This document shows, piece after piece, positions 48,458 through 61,965 of a stretch of 64,000 bases of DNA. Within the stretch, counting starts at the first letter, position 1; each line of letters opens with the position of its first letter. The notes under the pieces were generated by a model, which was not told where the DNA came from, ran no database searches, and saw only the letters and a program-made list of their open reading frames with translations. This stretch comes from Utricularia gibba. Taxonomy: Eukaryota; Plantae; Magnoliophyta. The stretch spans positions 2,294,001 through 2,358,000 of the forward strand of contig NEEC01000018.1 of the NCBI GenBank assembly GCA_002189035.1. Direction: 5' to 3'. Made by a program: the position numbers and the translations under genes.

Positions 48458-49895
48458 ATGGCTGCCTCACGACTCAATGGTGTCGCTCCTTTGATTTCTG
48501 GGTTGGGTTTTGCGTCATATGATGGGCTTAGGGCGTCTGATGCTGTGAAGGTTGCATCTTTCTCACATGTGAAGAGGGATGGGTTCTCACTGAGGCAGCG
48601 TTGCCTTGTTGTCAAGGCAGCGACAACGGTTGCGCCTAAAGTACGTTTTCATTTAGTTAGCATATACCGGTTTTGTTTTTCTGGATTCTTCATGTTCCTG
48701 CACCCCATGCATATAATGAAATGCTTGCTAGAATCTGGATATTCTTTGACGGATGTTGAAAGTTTGCTTCATTATCCCTTGAGTTGCTTTCAGTTTGCTG
48801 AGTCTGGAGTATATCGTATCTAAATTTGATCATCCTTACCGAAACTCTCACTTAAATTCTGCATTATTTCGACAGTATACCTCATTGAAACCTTTGGGCG
48901 ATAGAGTTTTGGTGAAAATTCGCTCAGCGGAGGAGAAGACCTCTGGAGGTATTTTACTCCCGGCAAGTGCCCAGTCAAAGCCTCAAGGTGGAGAGGTGGT
49001 TGCCATTGGGGAAGGCCGCACCGTTGGAAAGACTAAAGTAGATATTAGTTTGCAGGTATCAAGCAAAGTGTTCTGTAACTTTTTTTCTTTTGTTGCTGCT
49101 CATTTTTCTAAATAATTACCGTATGTGTAGAATGGTGCCCAAGTTGTATACTCAAAGTATGCTGGAACAGAGGTGGAATTCAATGGATTGAGTCATTTAA
49201 TACTCAAGGAAGATGATGTCATCGGTATTCTTGAAACTGAGGATATAAAGGATTTAAAACCCCTGAACGACAGGGTGTTAATAAAGGTATCTCCTTGTTG
49301 GCTTCATCTTCTTCCTTTTTTCATTTGGATATTGCTATTCTGAAGCAAACCTTTTACCATCTTGGTTTTGGATGTGCTTGACCCTGCGTATGTTGGCCTA
49401 GAATGCTTAAGACAAGGAAATTTGAATGATGACTTTAATGGTTTCGCCTTTTTTTTTTTTTTTTTTGGTCATAAAGAACGGAATGTGTTCTCGTTGAGGT
49501 GTTTAAATCCCGCTAAGATGTCTTGCCCGAGTATGGCCTAAGCTGCAGAAATGAACCCTGGCAGGTTACTGAGGCTGAGGAGAAAACAGCTGGTGGCCTG
49601 TTCCTTACTGAAGCAAGCAAAGAGAAGCCTTCTATTGGCTCGGTATGTCATTGGCATCCTAACAAGACACTGTCATTCGGCCCAAATAACCATCCATTAC
49701 ACTCGTTGAGATTTCCTTCAGGTTGTTGCTGTGGGGCCAGGTCCCTTGGATGAGGAGGGCAAGAGGAAGGCATTATCCGTGGCACCTGGAAATACAGTTC
49801 TGTATTCCAAGTATGCTGGCAGCGAATTCAAGGGGCCAGATGGATCCGATTACATTGTGTTGCGAGCATCTGATGTGATGGCAATTCTTGGTTAG
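48458..49895 (+). CDS. CPN20: Chloroplast 20 kDa co-chaperonin (two GroES domains)
   Basis: Exons 48458-48640 (transit peptide ending [10 protein letters not shown]), 48876-49055 ([22 protein letters not shown]), 49131-49286, 49565-49642 ([10 protein letters not shown]) and 49722-49895. Confidence 0.95.
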
Positions 49896-50428
49896 TCCAT
49901 CACTTGCAAGCTACCAAAGAGACTAGCATCATGGTTCAGATGTGAACGCACTGTATTGCGGCTACTGGGTGGGGGTTGAGCTACAGAGTTGTAATGATCC
50001 GGGTTTAGATGTAGCAGCTTTGGGACTGTACCTGTTCACAGTTTTTGTGGGAATTCATTCTTCAAATGGCTCTAATAATAATGTTTCAGGTTATATTGGC
50101 AGGCGATGATATGCTCACATCATGGGCCTTGGCCATACGGGTTACTGGTGACTTTGGGCCTTGTTTCTTAATAGGCCTACGCATCCTATGTTTAGAGATG
50201 GGCCGTACAGGAAGAATCTGCTTGCCAATCCAATGGGCCTGCACTCGAATGTTATAATAATTAGATATTTTATTCTAAAAAATAGCATAAAATACAATAT
50301 GATAGAAGTTTCAAAAAACATATATAAAATACAATAAATTCCGGAATCGGGCACGTTGGGCTTACTTTACGACCGTCACTCAAAAGAATGCTCAAAAACT
50401 CTTCAGAGAAGGTTGGAGGCATGAGTGA

Positions 50429-53400
50429 TTACTTCTTCCGGCTCCCGGCCTTCGTTTTGAACTTCTTCAAACCTACACCTCCGACCGACAGGGCATTGGC
50501 CACGGTTTTCCCCTCGAGCTTCTTCGTCATCTTTGCGATGCTAGCCATGCCTTTTCGTGCTTTGGCTCTGTGTTCCGGCCGCCGGCTTAGCATCTTCCGA
50601 TCAAGCGGCCAATACGCGTACGGCTCGAGCTTGTCCTTCCGCTTGACATCTCCGCCGGCCTTCTTACTCGCGTACTCTTTCCCTGTGTATGCCCACCCTC
50701 CACCGGCCTCCGACGTCTTCCTCCGCTTCCCACTTCTCATGGAACCAGCAGATAAGTGACTCCCGACATGGCTTTTTCCATCGGTGTCCGTATCAGGCAG
50801 CTCCTCCCTTGGCTTCTTGGTGACCTTTTTCCCCTTGCTGCCGTCGACAATAATCATACGCCCATCGGAGTCTATCTGGGGCTCATCATCATCTGAGTCG
50901 TTTCTTCTCTTTGCTGGCTGTGTAGATCGAAGAGCAGACCTTGTCTTCTGTGTGTCTAGCAAGTCAAGGGGCTCGTCATCTAATCGTTCAAACGATTCTT
51001 CCTGCAGCCCCTTTGCAGCTGTACGAGTTCGCTTGGATCTGACGAAAAATTGAAATCTTAGAGAAGTTCAAGGATAGGAACGAACTGAAGGCATCATTTC
51101 ACCATTTTCAACACCAAATCACAACAGCTAAGGAAATTCAACCCGGAAAAGAAGCATGTCCACAAGGCCAACAAGCGTTTTATTTCAGAAACTCACCCCA
51201 ATCGTTTTGATCGCACCATTGAGGAAGCCTTGCTCTTGCGACCTGATGTTTCTGTTTCTTGAAACTCGGAGAATATTTTTGTGTGATCCCATCTGCTCAT
51301 CCTGCAGAATTACTTCTGGTCAAGTGGCGGGTATCAAATTGAAAATACAAGTATGACACGTTCAGCAATTACATGCACCCTTGCAAGGAAAGCCTTAAGA
51401 TCGTAAAATCGATCAGTACATGGCACTAGGCTCGCCAAAATTACCTGGATGTCGTGGCTTTAGATAAAACAGATCCGCCATCTACAGATTGAGCAGAATG
51501 AGCCCTCTCCTTCCGCTCTTGGAGCTGAATAAGACATGTTACAGGAGGTGTGTGTTTTCTAGGTACATAAAAGAATTGGAGGAAACAGAATCACTAAACA
51601 CCTTTCTTATGTTGGACAGGAGTTTCATATGCTCTTCAGGCATGACCTCCTTAACAGCATCGATGCCACATTTCTTTACTAGCATTTCAATAAGCAGCTT
51701 AACCTATACGCCAAAACATAAGGGATGGTACTCCATCTTAAAAAATGAAATAAAACAATTCGTATAGAGATTGCAGTGACTGATTGAAAAAACTTACTTT
51801 TGCTTTGAAATGACTCCTGGTGCTATCTTGCCACTTTAACAACCCCTCCACCATGCTTCTCAAGTGTGCTTGGAGTCCTTCAACTTGTGACTTGGCCACA
51901 AGCACCTTGATCAGACCCAGATTAGCCTGAAACAAAATATAATATTTAGATCCAAAAACTGAAGTTGTAGACAAGATTAGTGAAAAAAGTTTCCATTGAA
52001 TGAGCGAATATACCTTTGTTATTTCTTTGTTCTTTCTTTGAAGCAAGAGAAATGTAGAAGGAAGAATATTATAGGCAGCGGAGACAAGGTCGGAGAACTC
52101 GTAAGCCAATCTCGCTAACCCAGTCACCGCTGCACTGATCATGTGAGGCGTCTCACCAGCCAGACCACCTGCAACCTACGCATAAGAAAAAATAGCATCA
52201 TCTAGCATTCCATGATGTGGGAGACAAGTCTCCATGTGTACAATTTCAAATACCATGTTGAAAAACTGGAACAATTTCTCCTTGTGATCTTCTTCCTCCT
52301 CAAATGCATGACCAATCTGAACGAGAATTTCATAAGCTCTATTTCTCGCTTTCTTGTTAACCTGGAAAAAAAATTCATTTTTCCAGCTCCAGGAAGACAA
52401 CACGCACAAATCAGCAACAATCAGCTAATCTAGATACCCATACCTCTTTCAGAGCAAGAATAATTTCAGTAAGAAATGAAGTAGTAATGCTGAGTCTATT
52501 TTTGTCAGATCCTTCCTGCAGATGTTCGCATTCAATAAGCTACAGTTCATTAAAAGCGAAAGAGTTTAAAAAATCGAGCTCCATACCTTCAAAACGTAAA
52601 TGATCAAAAAGAACAAACAGTCAAGTCTGAATCTTTTCGCAGGAAATTGACATGAGGGTAGGACTTCGACCATCAACTTGAGCAACTTCTCAAGGCTTCT
52701 CGAAATAAAGTCATTGCTATTCTGCAATGTAAAAATTAGTTGTTAGAAAAAACATAAAGAACGTTAAAAAGCTCAAATGATGATGATCTGTTGGCAGTTC
52801 TGAGAAAGCACCGGTTCACCAGAATCATCAGTCAATTTATACAGAAATCGAGCATAAGCCAACAACATTTATTAAACACAAATTTTCCTACTCAATATCA
52901 CATCCCCTATTAGCATGTGTGGCCTCCTAGAGTCTGAAATTTGAAAACAATTGAATACTGTGTTATATGACCTGAAATATCAGTGACAACACTTTGTAGG
53001 CCCTTTTTTGTATCATACCATCAGGATCCTGCGTCAAGAAAATACATGTGTTTCAAATCAACCAATATAAAAAATTGAGGTACCATGCATCTTCCTCTGC
53101 ACACCAGCTGTTTTCATTAAAAGCGATTGAAATTAGACCTCCAAAGCAGGTTTTATTGCCACAAATAGAAGATCAATTTCCTTAGAATTCAGTCCAGGCA
53201 ATAGGGAGGCAGCAAGATCGAACAGTTTGGCCCTAAAACAAAGGTAAGTCATACATACATTAATCAAACATCAACTCTCATACACCACACGATACACAAC
53301 AAAAAACCAAGAAGAGCATACCTTTCAACTGATGGTGATGCAACATCTGTTACATTATCAATCTGCATCAAGTCCGAATTTTTGGAACTCAATGAATCCG

Positions 53401-56375
53401 TTCTTGGAGTAATCTTCAGGAGCCTCACCATTTTCGCTTTGAATAAATTTGATACTACCTTCTTTTCTGAGACTGAAGAAAATTCGCCTATTGTTTCCTG
53501 CAAGAATAGGCTAACTTATTCTCATGATCTACAAAGAAAAGTTCATCGAAATCTCTTCCAAGAGCAAAAAGATTCAAGTATCGGATTACCAATAAAATAC
53601 CACCAGTATCTTTGGAGGAGTTGATATATGCTTCACTGAGTGCGTGCAACAATTTATCAGCATGTGATTTCAACACGCACAAATTAGAATGGGCAACTTC
53701 CTCACTGTACACAGCAAGACCCCATTTATCCAATGAGCTTACTTCAACTGCAGGATTATCCTTTCTGTCAATTACTTTCTTATTCTGCTGAATGAGAGTC
53801 TGCAGGCTGGAGCACACAATACCACAAAGACCAGGTTCTCTTTCGAGGGCTGTACAAAGCTCAGTCTCCAGATACTTGAAACTTTCAGCAACATCAACAG
53901 GGTAGTTACAAAAAGATGGCAGCAAAGACCACAATGAATAGAATATTCCGTCCACACTCCTAGACAATTGTAGTTTTCCTTCCTGCTTAACCTGCGGTTT
54001 ATAACCCATTGAGTAAATGAGATCTCAGATCAGTAACAAGATACATCTATACCTTATCCGACAGTACTTTCATTTTATCAGCCATTGGTAAAATTGCGTT
54101 GGTGAAGAAGCTAAGCTGACTGCAAACTGTATACTGTTTCAGAATTGGAAAAAGCCAGAGGTTGGCCACGGAGAGATCTTGAACGTCCAGATTCAAAGGC
54201 AGGATATGAAGAAAACCATCAGGGCCGATAGCAGTAACAGCCATTCCTATACACTCGTGCAACTGCCCAAATGAAAAAAGTCCCATTATATAAGCCATTC
54301 ACCATCAACACAACGTGCTCATTCATAAAAATTGAGCAACCATACATCAATGACATAAATTAGGTAAAATATGAAGCATCAATAAAACAATTCCAACAGT
54401 TCTATGACCAAAATCACCTGCTTCCTGAATGCAAAATCTTCGTCAGGCAACTTTTCCATACGAGCTAAATTAATCAATGTCCCCTTCATTAAATCAGAGG
54501 AATATTTCCCTAAAACAAGAGATAAGATGCAATTCAATGACAAGCCACTTGATTTCATTTGTGCATTTAAATTAAAGAACTTTCGTACAGAATATAATTG
54601 TGAAAGGAAAAACAGCAAGATGGAAGCATACAAAACACAGAAAACCACATACAGATAACAGCAAGAAAGAATTACCTAATTTCTCAAACATTGCTGAAAC
54701 AATTTGAAACGACATATTCCAAACTGCTTCATAATGATAATCAAGCAAGCTCTCGATAGTAGCACACACTCTTTCAATGACAGCTGGGCTATATTTCCCT
54801 GTAGATGAGGTGCTGTTCTCAATACCCTGATTAATCAACTTCTCATCAATGCATGACTCTATTAAACTCTTAAACGCTGTGACTGCTGCAACCAAGGCTT
54901 CCTCATGACCAGAACCCAAAATTTCTGAACAAAGGAGCAAAAATTTAGCACGGAAACTTCAAGTATCATGCAGTAACTTGAGCTTTCATTAAACTCGAAA
55001 AAGTATAAATGATGTGGGAGTTAATTAAGGACTTGATGATTTAGTGAAAAAAAAAAAAAAAGATCATGTGGACAGCGAGTAACCTTTTAGTGCATTAAAA
55101 ATGACATGAAGCTCGAGCACACAAAGTTCCCTGTTCAATGAGTATACCCGCTTCATTCCAGCATCTAACAGGCGAGCAATGAGTGTCATGCTATCCACAG
55201 ATGACTGATCTGTGATGGAGTTAGCTAAGAAGCATAATAAATCACATAGGATTTCAGGTGGTAGTTCTCCCCTAGGATGAACACAGAGTGTATTTAGACT
55301 ATCAGTTATCCGTTTTGTAACAAGCGGATTCCCCAATTTCAGAAGAGATTTGAAATACTTCAGAATGGTAGTCAAGGACTTTGGTGCCATGTACGGGAGG
55401 CAGACCCGAAAAGCATCCAAAATATAAAGGATCTCCTGCGCTTCTTTAGTCTCTTTTGGAGCATTTGGACTTGATCCTCCAGCTAGGAGAAGATACCTCC
55501 TCTCAAAGTCATTTTTAATGATTTCACTTGCAGTTACTAGGGCAGGTGCTACTCGAAAATTTTCCAGTGCATCACGCACACACAAATGTGAGTGCTTCCT
55601 TACCTGTGTATTATCATCCAACGTGATATTTGGATAAGCAACAAATCCGTAGTTGCAAATTTCTGAATGATAAAAAGCGTGCACGAAGTAGAAATGAATA
55701 TTCGGATTCATCACTCCGTTGCCTCATGATTATTTTCTCCTAAATAACAAAACTTGCTACTAAATGTTTTTTTTTCTTATTACATCCTTAAGAAACCCCC
55801 ATACCTTATACATGCAACGCAGCAAAAGGATCACCAAAAGGAATTGAGTGCTGAAAAAGAACCCATTTACTGACCTTGGCTCGATCATCAGTGATATAGC
55901 TGACGATGAAACAATATAACTGGGATGCGCCTTCCCACGACATATTCTCCCTCACAACCAGCATCCGCGAAGCGACCTTTAATCCGGCCACGATACCATT
56001 AACTCCAATACCCTTCGCACGAAGTGACCGTATCAAAATCTCCGATAAGTAAACATATTTACTTTTCAGGATAGCCGGAGAAACTCTTTCAACGACATGG
56101 TTTAAAACAGCAAGTAAAGAATCGAGAAGATGGCCAGGTGGCTCATGTTCAGAAGACAGGCGATCAAGAGAGGAACAGGTTGCTCCAAAATACAATGTCG
56201 GCGTGAGAGGCAGGTTCTGATCTCTCAGTTCCTGCGACATGGCTCCAATAGCAGCACAAACATGGAGATGATGCTCGTCCCTTGAGTTGCTAAACTGAGA
56301 GATAACGTAAGAGCAGAAATCATCTCCGTTGTCTTCTTCCAGCGGCGCCAACACCGCCATCGCAACGTCTCCCAT
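50429..56375 (-). CDS. RRP12: RRP12-like HEAT/ARM-repeat ribosome biogenesis protein (NUC173 domain), many exons
   Basis: N-terminus HLHVCAAIGAMSQEL..YFGATCSSL; internal NLWLFPILKQY, LWSLLPSFCNYP, QKRAYKVL, NKKARNRAYEIL, HMISAAVTGLARL; C-terminus YASKKAGGDVKRKDKLEPYAYWPLDRK. Exon boundaries were only partly checked. Confidence 0.93.
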
Positions 56376-56483
56376 GACGGCGGCGCAATTAGCTGTTTCC
56401 CAAAGCAGGCAGGGCTTTTCACTTTGAATCGCAGCCTAGCAATTCAGTACAAAGGAACATAAAAAAAAAAAATAAAAAGACAT

Positions 56484-56521
56484 TGGGCCGGTACATTACT
56501 CCCAGAGGCCCATACTGGGCC
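56484..56521. promoter_or_regulatory. Three site II motifs upstream of RRP12
   Basis: TGGGCC 56484, GGCCCA 56507, TGGGCC 56516. Such motifs are typical of ribosome biogenesis gene promoters. Confidence 0.5.
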
Positions 56522-57470
56522 TTTGAGCCCTGCACAATTCCATCATCCATGTAAGAAAGCAACTGTTAAATTTAAAAAACAACTGTTTCAAATGAATTGA
56601 ATTTATAAACTCAGTAATTTACATTTTTGTCATTTCGATCAGCTCTTCCTCTGGCATAACTGATGTAAAGGTCAGTAGCAGCAGCGCAGGTTGTTTTAGG
56701 GTGATTTGGTGAGTTGCCACGGCGGAGGAAGACTCCACCGGAGCAACACAAGCATGAAAATGGCTCAGCCCGGTGACTTGCTGACACTAGTGTTGTCAAC
56801 CGCAAGCCCCCAAGGAAAGGGGGATAGGAATAACAGGAACAAGAAGAAAGAAAGCTGGGGTCTGCCCATCTTTGATTCTCCTAATCCCAACAATAAAAAG
56901 ACAATCTTTACTGGGATACACAGGCCTAGTGGTTCATTCGAGAGATGGAGGGTGGACTTTCACTGGGATCTTCTCGTATCAGTCCCCAATAATAGTTGCT
57001 ACGAGCTACTGCAGCTGAGTAACATGATAATGTTCAGTCAGTTTCCTTGCATTAATTGTTGGCCCTCTTTCTGGTAAGCACTGCTGGAGTGGTGTATCGA
57101 ACACAGTCTGTGTGCTGATTCTTGGTTGTAAAAGTCAACTCAATAGCTTGGTTTTTGTAAAAGGAAAACGCATCCCGGATGTCCCAAGGGTGTAGCCGTA
57201 ATTTCACAGTTCAACAGCAGGTTCTGAGGTTGGGGTGTGTGTAACTCTGTTCCTATTTTCATACTCTAGGGTTATTATATAAGCAATTCTAGCGTTTTTA
57301 TTTTTTAATTTTTTTACTATTAAGATTGGAACGGTCGACTATCGAACAAGGACATTTCCTGGCTCAGTGTATCCCCAGATGCGGGGGAGATGCCGTCGTA
57401 ATTCGCCGTTACGCCGGTGCCTCTGCCGCTCGGGTTCTTGAGTTTGCAGTCGCAACAGGGAATAGCGAAA

Positions 57471-59504
57471 ATGTTGGGGCTGAGGAGGTTCTCATTTCAT
57501 GTTGCGGTTGTCGCGTTCGCAATCGTTTACATCTACTTTTCGACGGTTCTAGTCTTCATTGGCCGATGCTTCGGGCTCCGATCGTCACCAGGCATTCTCC
57601 ACACCGTGTTCTTTACTTTTCTCGCGGTCATGTGTGTTTACAGTTACCGTCTTGCCCTTTACACGGATCCCGGTCGAGTACCCTATTCTTATCTTCCAGA
57701 TATCGAGGATGCCAGCACTCCGATCCATGAGATCAAACGCAAGGTTCGCTAATATTGTGTGACTCACACTGAGCGTTGTTTTACGCGTTGTTTTCGCTGG
57801 GGGTGGCAGAGGATTCTTGCGGTGACACACTAAATGCTCTTGATGTATACGTTTTTTTTCCGGTGATTCACTTAATAAGTTGATATCCTGATTTCATTTA
57901 ATTGGTGCAATTCTGTAGTCTACTTTTACTTTTATTGTGGACCTTGCGGTTATTGCGGATGTGAAATATGATTATATCCCCGCCCTTTCAAGGGGAAAGT
58001 CAATTGATTTCGAATTTGATCGCTTTGGAGTGGAAATTAGTTTTCGTTTACAAAATTTTGAGGTTTTCTTCTTAGGATTTCCGCTGTCGTAGTGGACCAA
58101 TTGAGCTGAAAGTTTTGTGTTAGCTTCTGGGCGGTAGTCTTGAAGTATTCCATATCCTTGTTTAATAATAGTTATTTGCTGAACGATGTAGCTGGCACTG
58201 CAATTTTTAAGTTTGGTTTTAGAGGATATCCTAGGTAGTTGTGGAGCCTCATGTTGCAACTCGGCGCTTAATGATGTATGCTAGCTGAAGTACGCAAATT
58301 GTGATGTATAACGCATACGTTTCAGTGATAATTGTTGCATTGTATGTTGTTTTGGGTTGAATGATAGATGATCAGGAATGTGATAGGAAGTTCTGGATAT
58401 TTTTCTGCAGGGTGGTGATTTAAGATATTGCCAGAAGTGCTCTCACTACAAACCTCCTAGGTCCCATCACTGCCGCATCTGTAATCGATGTGTCTTACGA
58501 ATGGTAGGCCTGTTAAGTATGATTTGTATACGAATGTTCTTGAATGTGTTTGATAATAGCTTTCTTGTGTAGGATCACCATTGTGTTTGGATGGACAACT
58601 GTATAGGGCATGGGAACTATAAGATTTTCTTTGTCTTTGTGGTTTATGCAGTTATCGCATGCATATACTCCTTGGTATGTTTTTTTTTTTTTTTTTTTTT
58701 TGCTATTTATTATAAACACCAGTTGTAGAACATCGCACTAGCTAACATTCAACTGAATCAAAAGCCTTTTTCCATTCCAGAGCATGCTTATTGGTAGTGT
58801 AACAGTTGATACCCGGGAAGATCTTGAAGACTACTACAGAATCATACATGTATTTACTTAATTCTTATTCCGTTTTCATCCTCCAGCTTTTTGTGTCAGA
58901 TTTCGAGAAGCTCTATTCGTATCTTAGCTTTTCCCCTTGGTTTATGTCCAGGTGATTTCAGGACTGCTATTGTTACCGTTAAGTTTGGCACTTGGAGGTT
59001 TTCTGGGCTGGCATGTCTATCTCATCTTGAGAAACAAAACGACTATAGAGGTACATAATGAATTTTTGTATCACATATTGATCACGACTGATATGATTAT
59101 TCTGCTGTTTGTTGCAGTATCATGAAGGCGTTAGAGCAATGGTGGTTGCTGAAAAAGGTGGTCAGGTCTATTCACACCCGTACGACCTTGGTGCTTATGA
59201 GAATTTGGTTGCAGTAAGGATGAATTTACTTCTTCCTCTTCTTTCAGTATCTATTATTTAGAAATGATTCAGCTTGAGCTCTAGTGCCACCCAAAGCAGC
59301 TAGATTTCTCAGTTTCACCTCCTTGTTTACTCAATATCACACCCACACGACCAGCTCTCATGGTTTGCTTAAAACGTTCCTCAGATTCTCGGTCCAAACA
59401 TTGTTTACTGGCTTTGGCCAACCTCAGCACACCTTGGCTCCGGCATTTCTTTTCGAACCAAGTTCGATGATCAGACAGGATCATCCGTGACAATAACACA
59501 TTGA
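57471..59504 (+). CDS. PAT16: DHHC protein S-acyltransferase (PAT15/16 clade)
   Basis: Exons 57471-57743, 58411-58503 ([27 protein letters not shown]), 58573-58674 ([17 protein letters not shown]), 58781-58849, 58952-59050 (NKTTIE), 59118-59213 (YHEG..HPYDLG) and 59385-59504. Confidence 0.93.
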
Positions 59505-60009
59505 GAGCTCATTCATCTCCTCCTCCAAGCAACTTACTAACTTCAGGTTTGCTGACCACTGATCCTGTGTACTTTTTCAATGAGCATACTCGAGAAACCA
59601 AATCGGCTCTTGTTATAGGATACTATTGATTTGTAAAATGTAGAGAACTTGCCTAGTTTTCGTATCCGCCCTGTGGGTAGTCCGTAGTAGAGAGATGGGA
59701 GTTGTAGTGCCTTGTTGCGATGCATTTGGTTGCCTGTGAGAGAAGGATTCCGTAGCTGAATGAGTAGCCACGGCGTCTATCCATAATATTATTAAAATAT
59801 TTCCTAGTAATCATTATTCGTGATTCCACTTATAAAATGTTGTTTTTTGAATATTTGAAAAATGAAAATAAATAAATACAATGCGGGTTCTAACTGTGGG
59901 CTGCAGGCCGACGTAGAGAAGCCCAACAGAGGCCGCTCAAAATACAGACAGAGATTTAATGGGCCAGCATTTCCTGCCTGAATCCAGTTTCACGGGTGAG
60001 TGACCAAGG

Positions 60010-60940
60010 ATGGAGCTTGCCGTCGCTCCGGTGTACGGAATCTACAGAAATCACCGTGTATTCTCTGAGAGGAACCCTAATTTGGAGTGCCATTCATCCG
60101 CCGGCTCTCCATGGAAATCCTCCACTTTCCCATCCTCTGTTCATGTAAGTAACGAGCACTTTTCTGATTTTATTTTCTACGATATGTGCAGCGTCAATCT
60201 CGGTATCCCTTTTCCCTCAGGATTCGAAGTCGAGGATCCGAGTTCCGCCATCTGAATGCTCTGGAAAAGAGAGCTGCTCACAGGGTAATTTCGATATCCT
60301 TTTTTACCGGCAGTTAATCTGTGACTCGCGGGTATGTCTCAGTGTTTTGGGTTATCTTTTTAGATGAGGAGGTGGATAATATAGGGGTAAGAGCTGCAAT
60401 TTCGACTCTGAAATTCTATAAACGTGAGTACTCTGTTCTGGTGGACGTTGTGATTATTTATGATTGTGAACGGCTGCGCCATTGTCATGGCACCATTCAA
60501 TAAATTTCCCACATGGGATGAGAACTGTGGTTGCTCTTTCAAACAGGAGAAATCTCACCGTTGCTGCCTAAAAGTTTTCGCTACATTCCAACTTGCAGTG
60601 AGTATTCCATGATCGCTTACCGCAAGTACGGGTTCGTGAAGGGGACCATGCTTACAGCTTGGCGCATCTGCCGCTGCAACCCTCTCGGTACATCCTTTTC
60701 GAATCCCTTAATTGTCTCTGTCGAGCTTTGGATACTAAACCAGATGTGGGTTCGTCAATACAGCATACGATGGGAATACAGTGAAGGATTTGTTCTATTT
60801 TCTATGTGGGATTACATAAACCAGAGTTTCTTCATGTTTATTTTTCTGCATCTAATGCATTTTCATGGCATTTTTTGGCAGGGGGATCCGGCTTTGATCC
60901 ACCAAGATGGTTCAACGAGAGCCCTCCACCAGAGCAGTGA
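60010..60940 (+). CDS. UPF0161 / YidD-like membrane protein insertion efficiency factor, probably plastid-targeted
   Basis: Exons 60010-60144, 60221-60284, 60364-60423, 60547-60687 and 60882-60940. Motifs LKFYKREISPLLP..RYIPTCSEYSMIAYRKYG..LTAWRICRCNPLGGSGFDPPRW. Confidence 0.9.
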
Positions 60941-61965
60941 AATCTGGCTGCAATACGTAATTTTTTCTTCTGGTAACTAGAAAACATGGATTGGAAGTTA
61001 TATGTCGATACTGTTGCACCAAGGGAGCAGAACGAAAGCATACAATGGCATGTATATATATGCGTGGTAGGTTGTAGGAACCAGATGTATGCCTTTGTTA
61101 AGCAAAGTACTTGCAGTACAGGGACTGTGCCTGCAGTTTTACCGTTGAGGTATGAATGCAATTGCATTACTCCTTGTGAGACTTTTATCTGTATGTTGTC
61201 ATTTGCGGTGAAACAATTCATGGGAGAGATCCAATGTTGAGCACATGTAGAGTGCAGGTACAAGGCATTGCAATGAATGATGTCCTACGGCATTGCATCT
61301 TACCTGAATTTCTTTCATTTTAAGTGTTGTCTGGACCAGCATATCACAGCCACACACTTGTCAATGCATCACGGAAAAGCCATCACCGATCTCAGGAAAG
61401 GTTATTTATAGCTGTTGAATGCTTGGGTTGATTGTGTTAGTAACTTGTTGTAATCATACGGTAAAGTGTACTTGCCTGTGCCACTGGTTTTGGTTGATGC
61501 AGATGATGCAATGCCCTTCCTCTTCGGCTACTCGCAGTGTCTCCAGAAGAGCTGATAAGCCTCAATTTCAAGGTCAATTAAAAAAGGTTGAAATGAAAAA
61601 GGGATCTTATTCTGAACTTTTGTATTTATTTTGAATTATTTAAATGTTAATCCAAGTAGTAAATATTAGGTTTATCGGAAAAAACTTATTGTTATTTTCC
61701 ACGTACTCACATATGGTCATGCTTGAATTTTCAATGATATTTAAAAATTATTTTGATACGTTCGAAATTTGAAATTACATTTTCATTAAAAAAAGCTGTA
61801 GAAAAAAAAAAACAGTTTGGTGAGTTATTACATTTATACCCCTGACTCCAAGTGGTAGCCCTTATTCCCCTGTCTTTATATCTTCGCCCTCGCGTTGCGC
61901 TACACACGCCGTCGCGCATTAAAACACTAGCCTCGCACTAGAAGCTCGTCCACATTCCGGCAGCA

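Noticed and set aside
57326-57730. 134-aa ORF overlapping the PAT first exon
   Set aside because: Alternative frame of the PAT exon with no recognisable homology.
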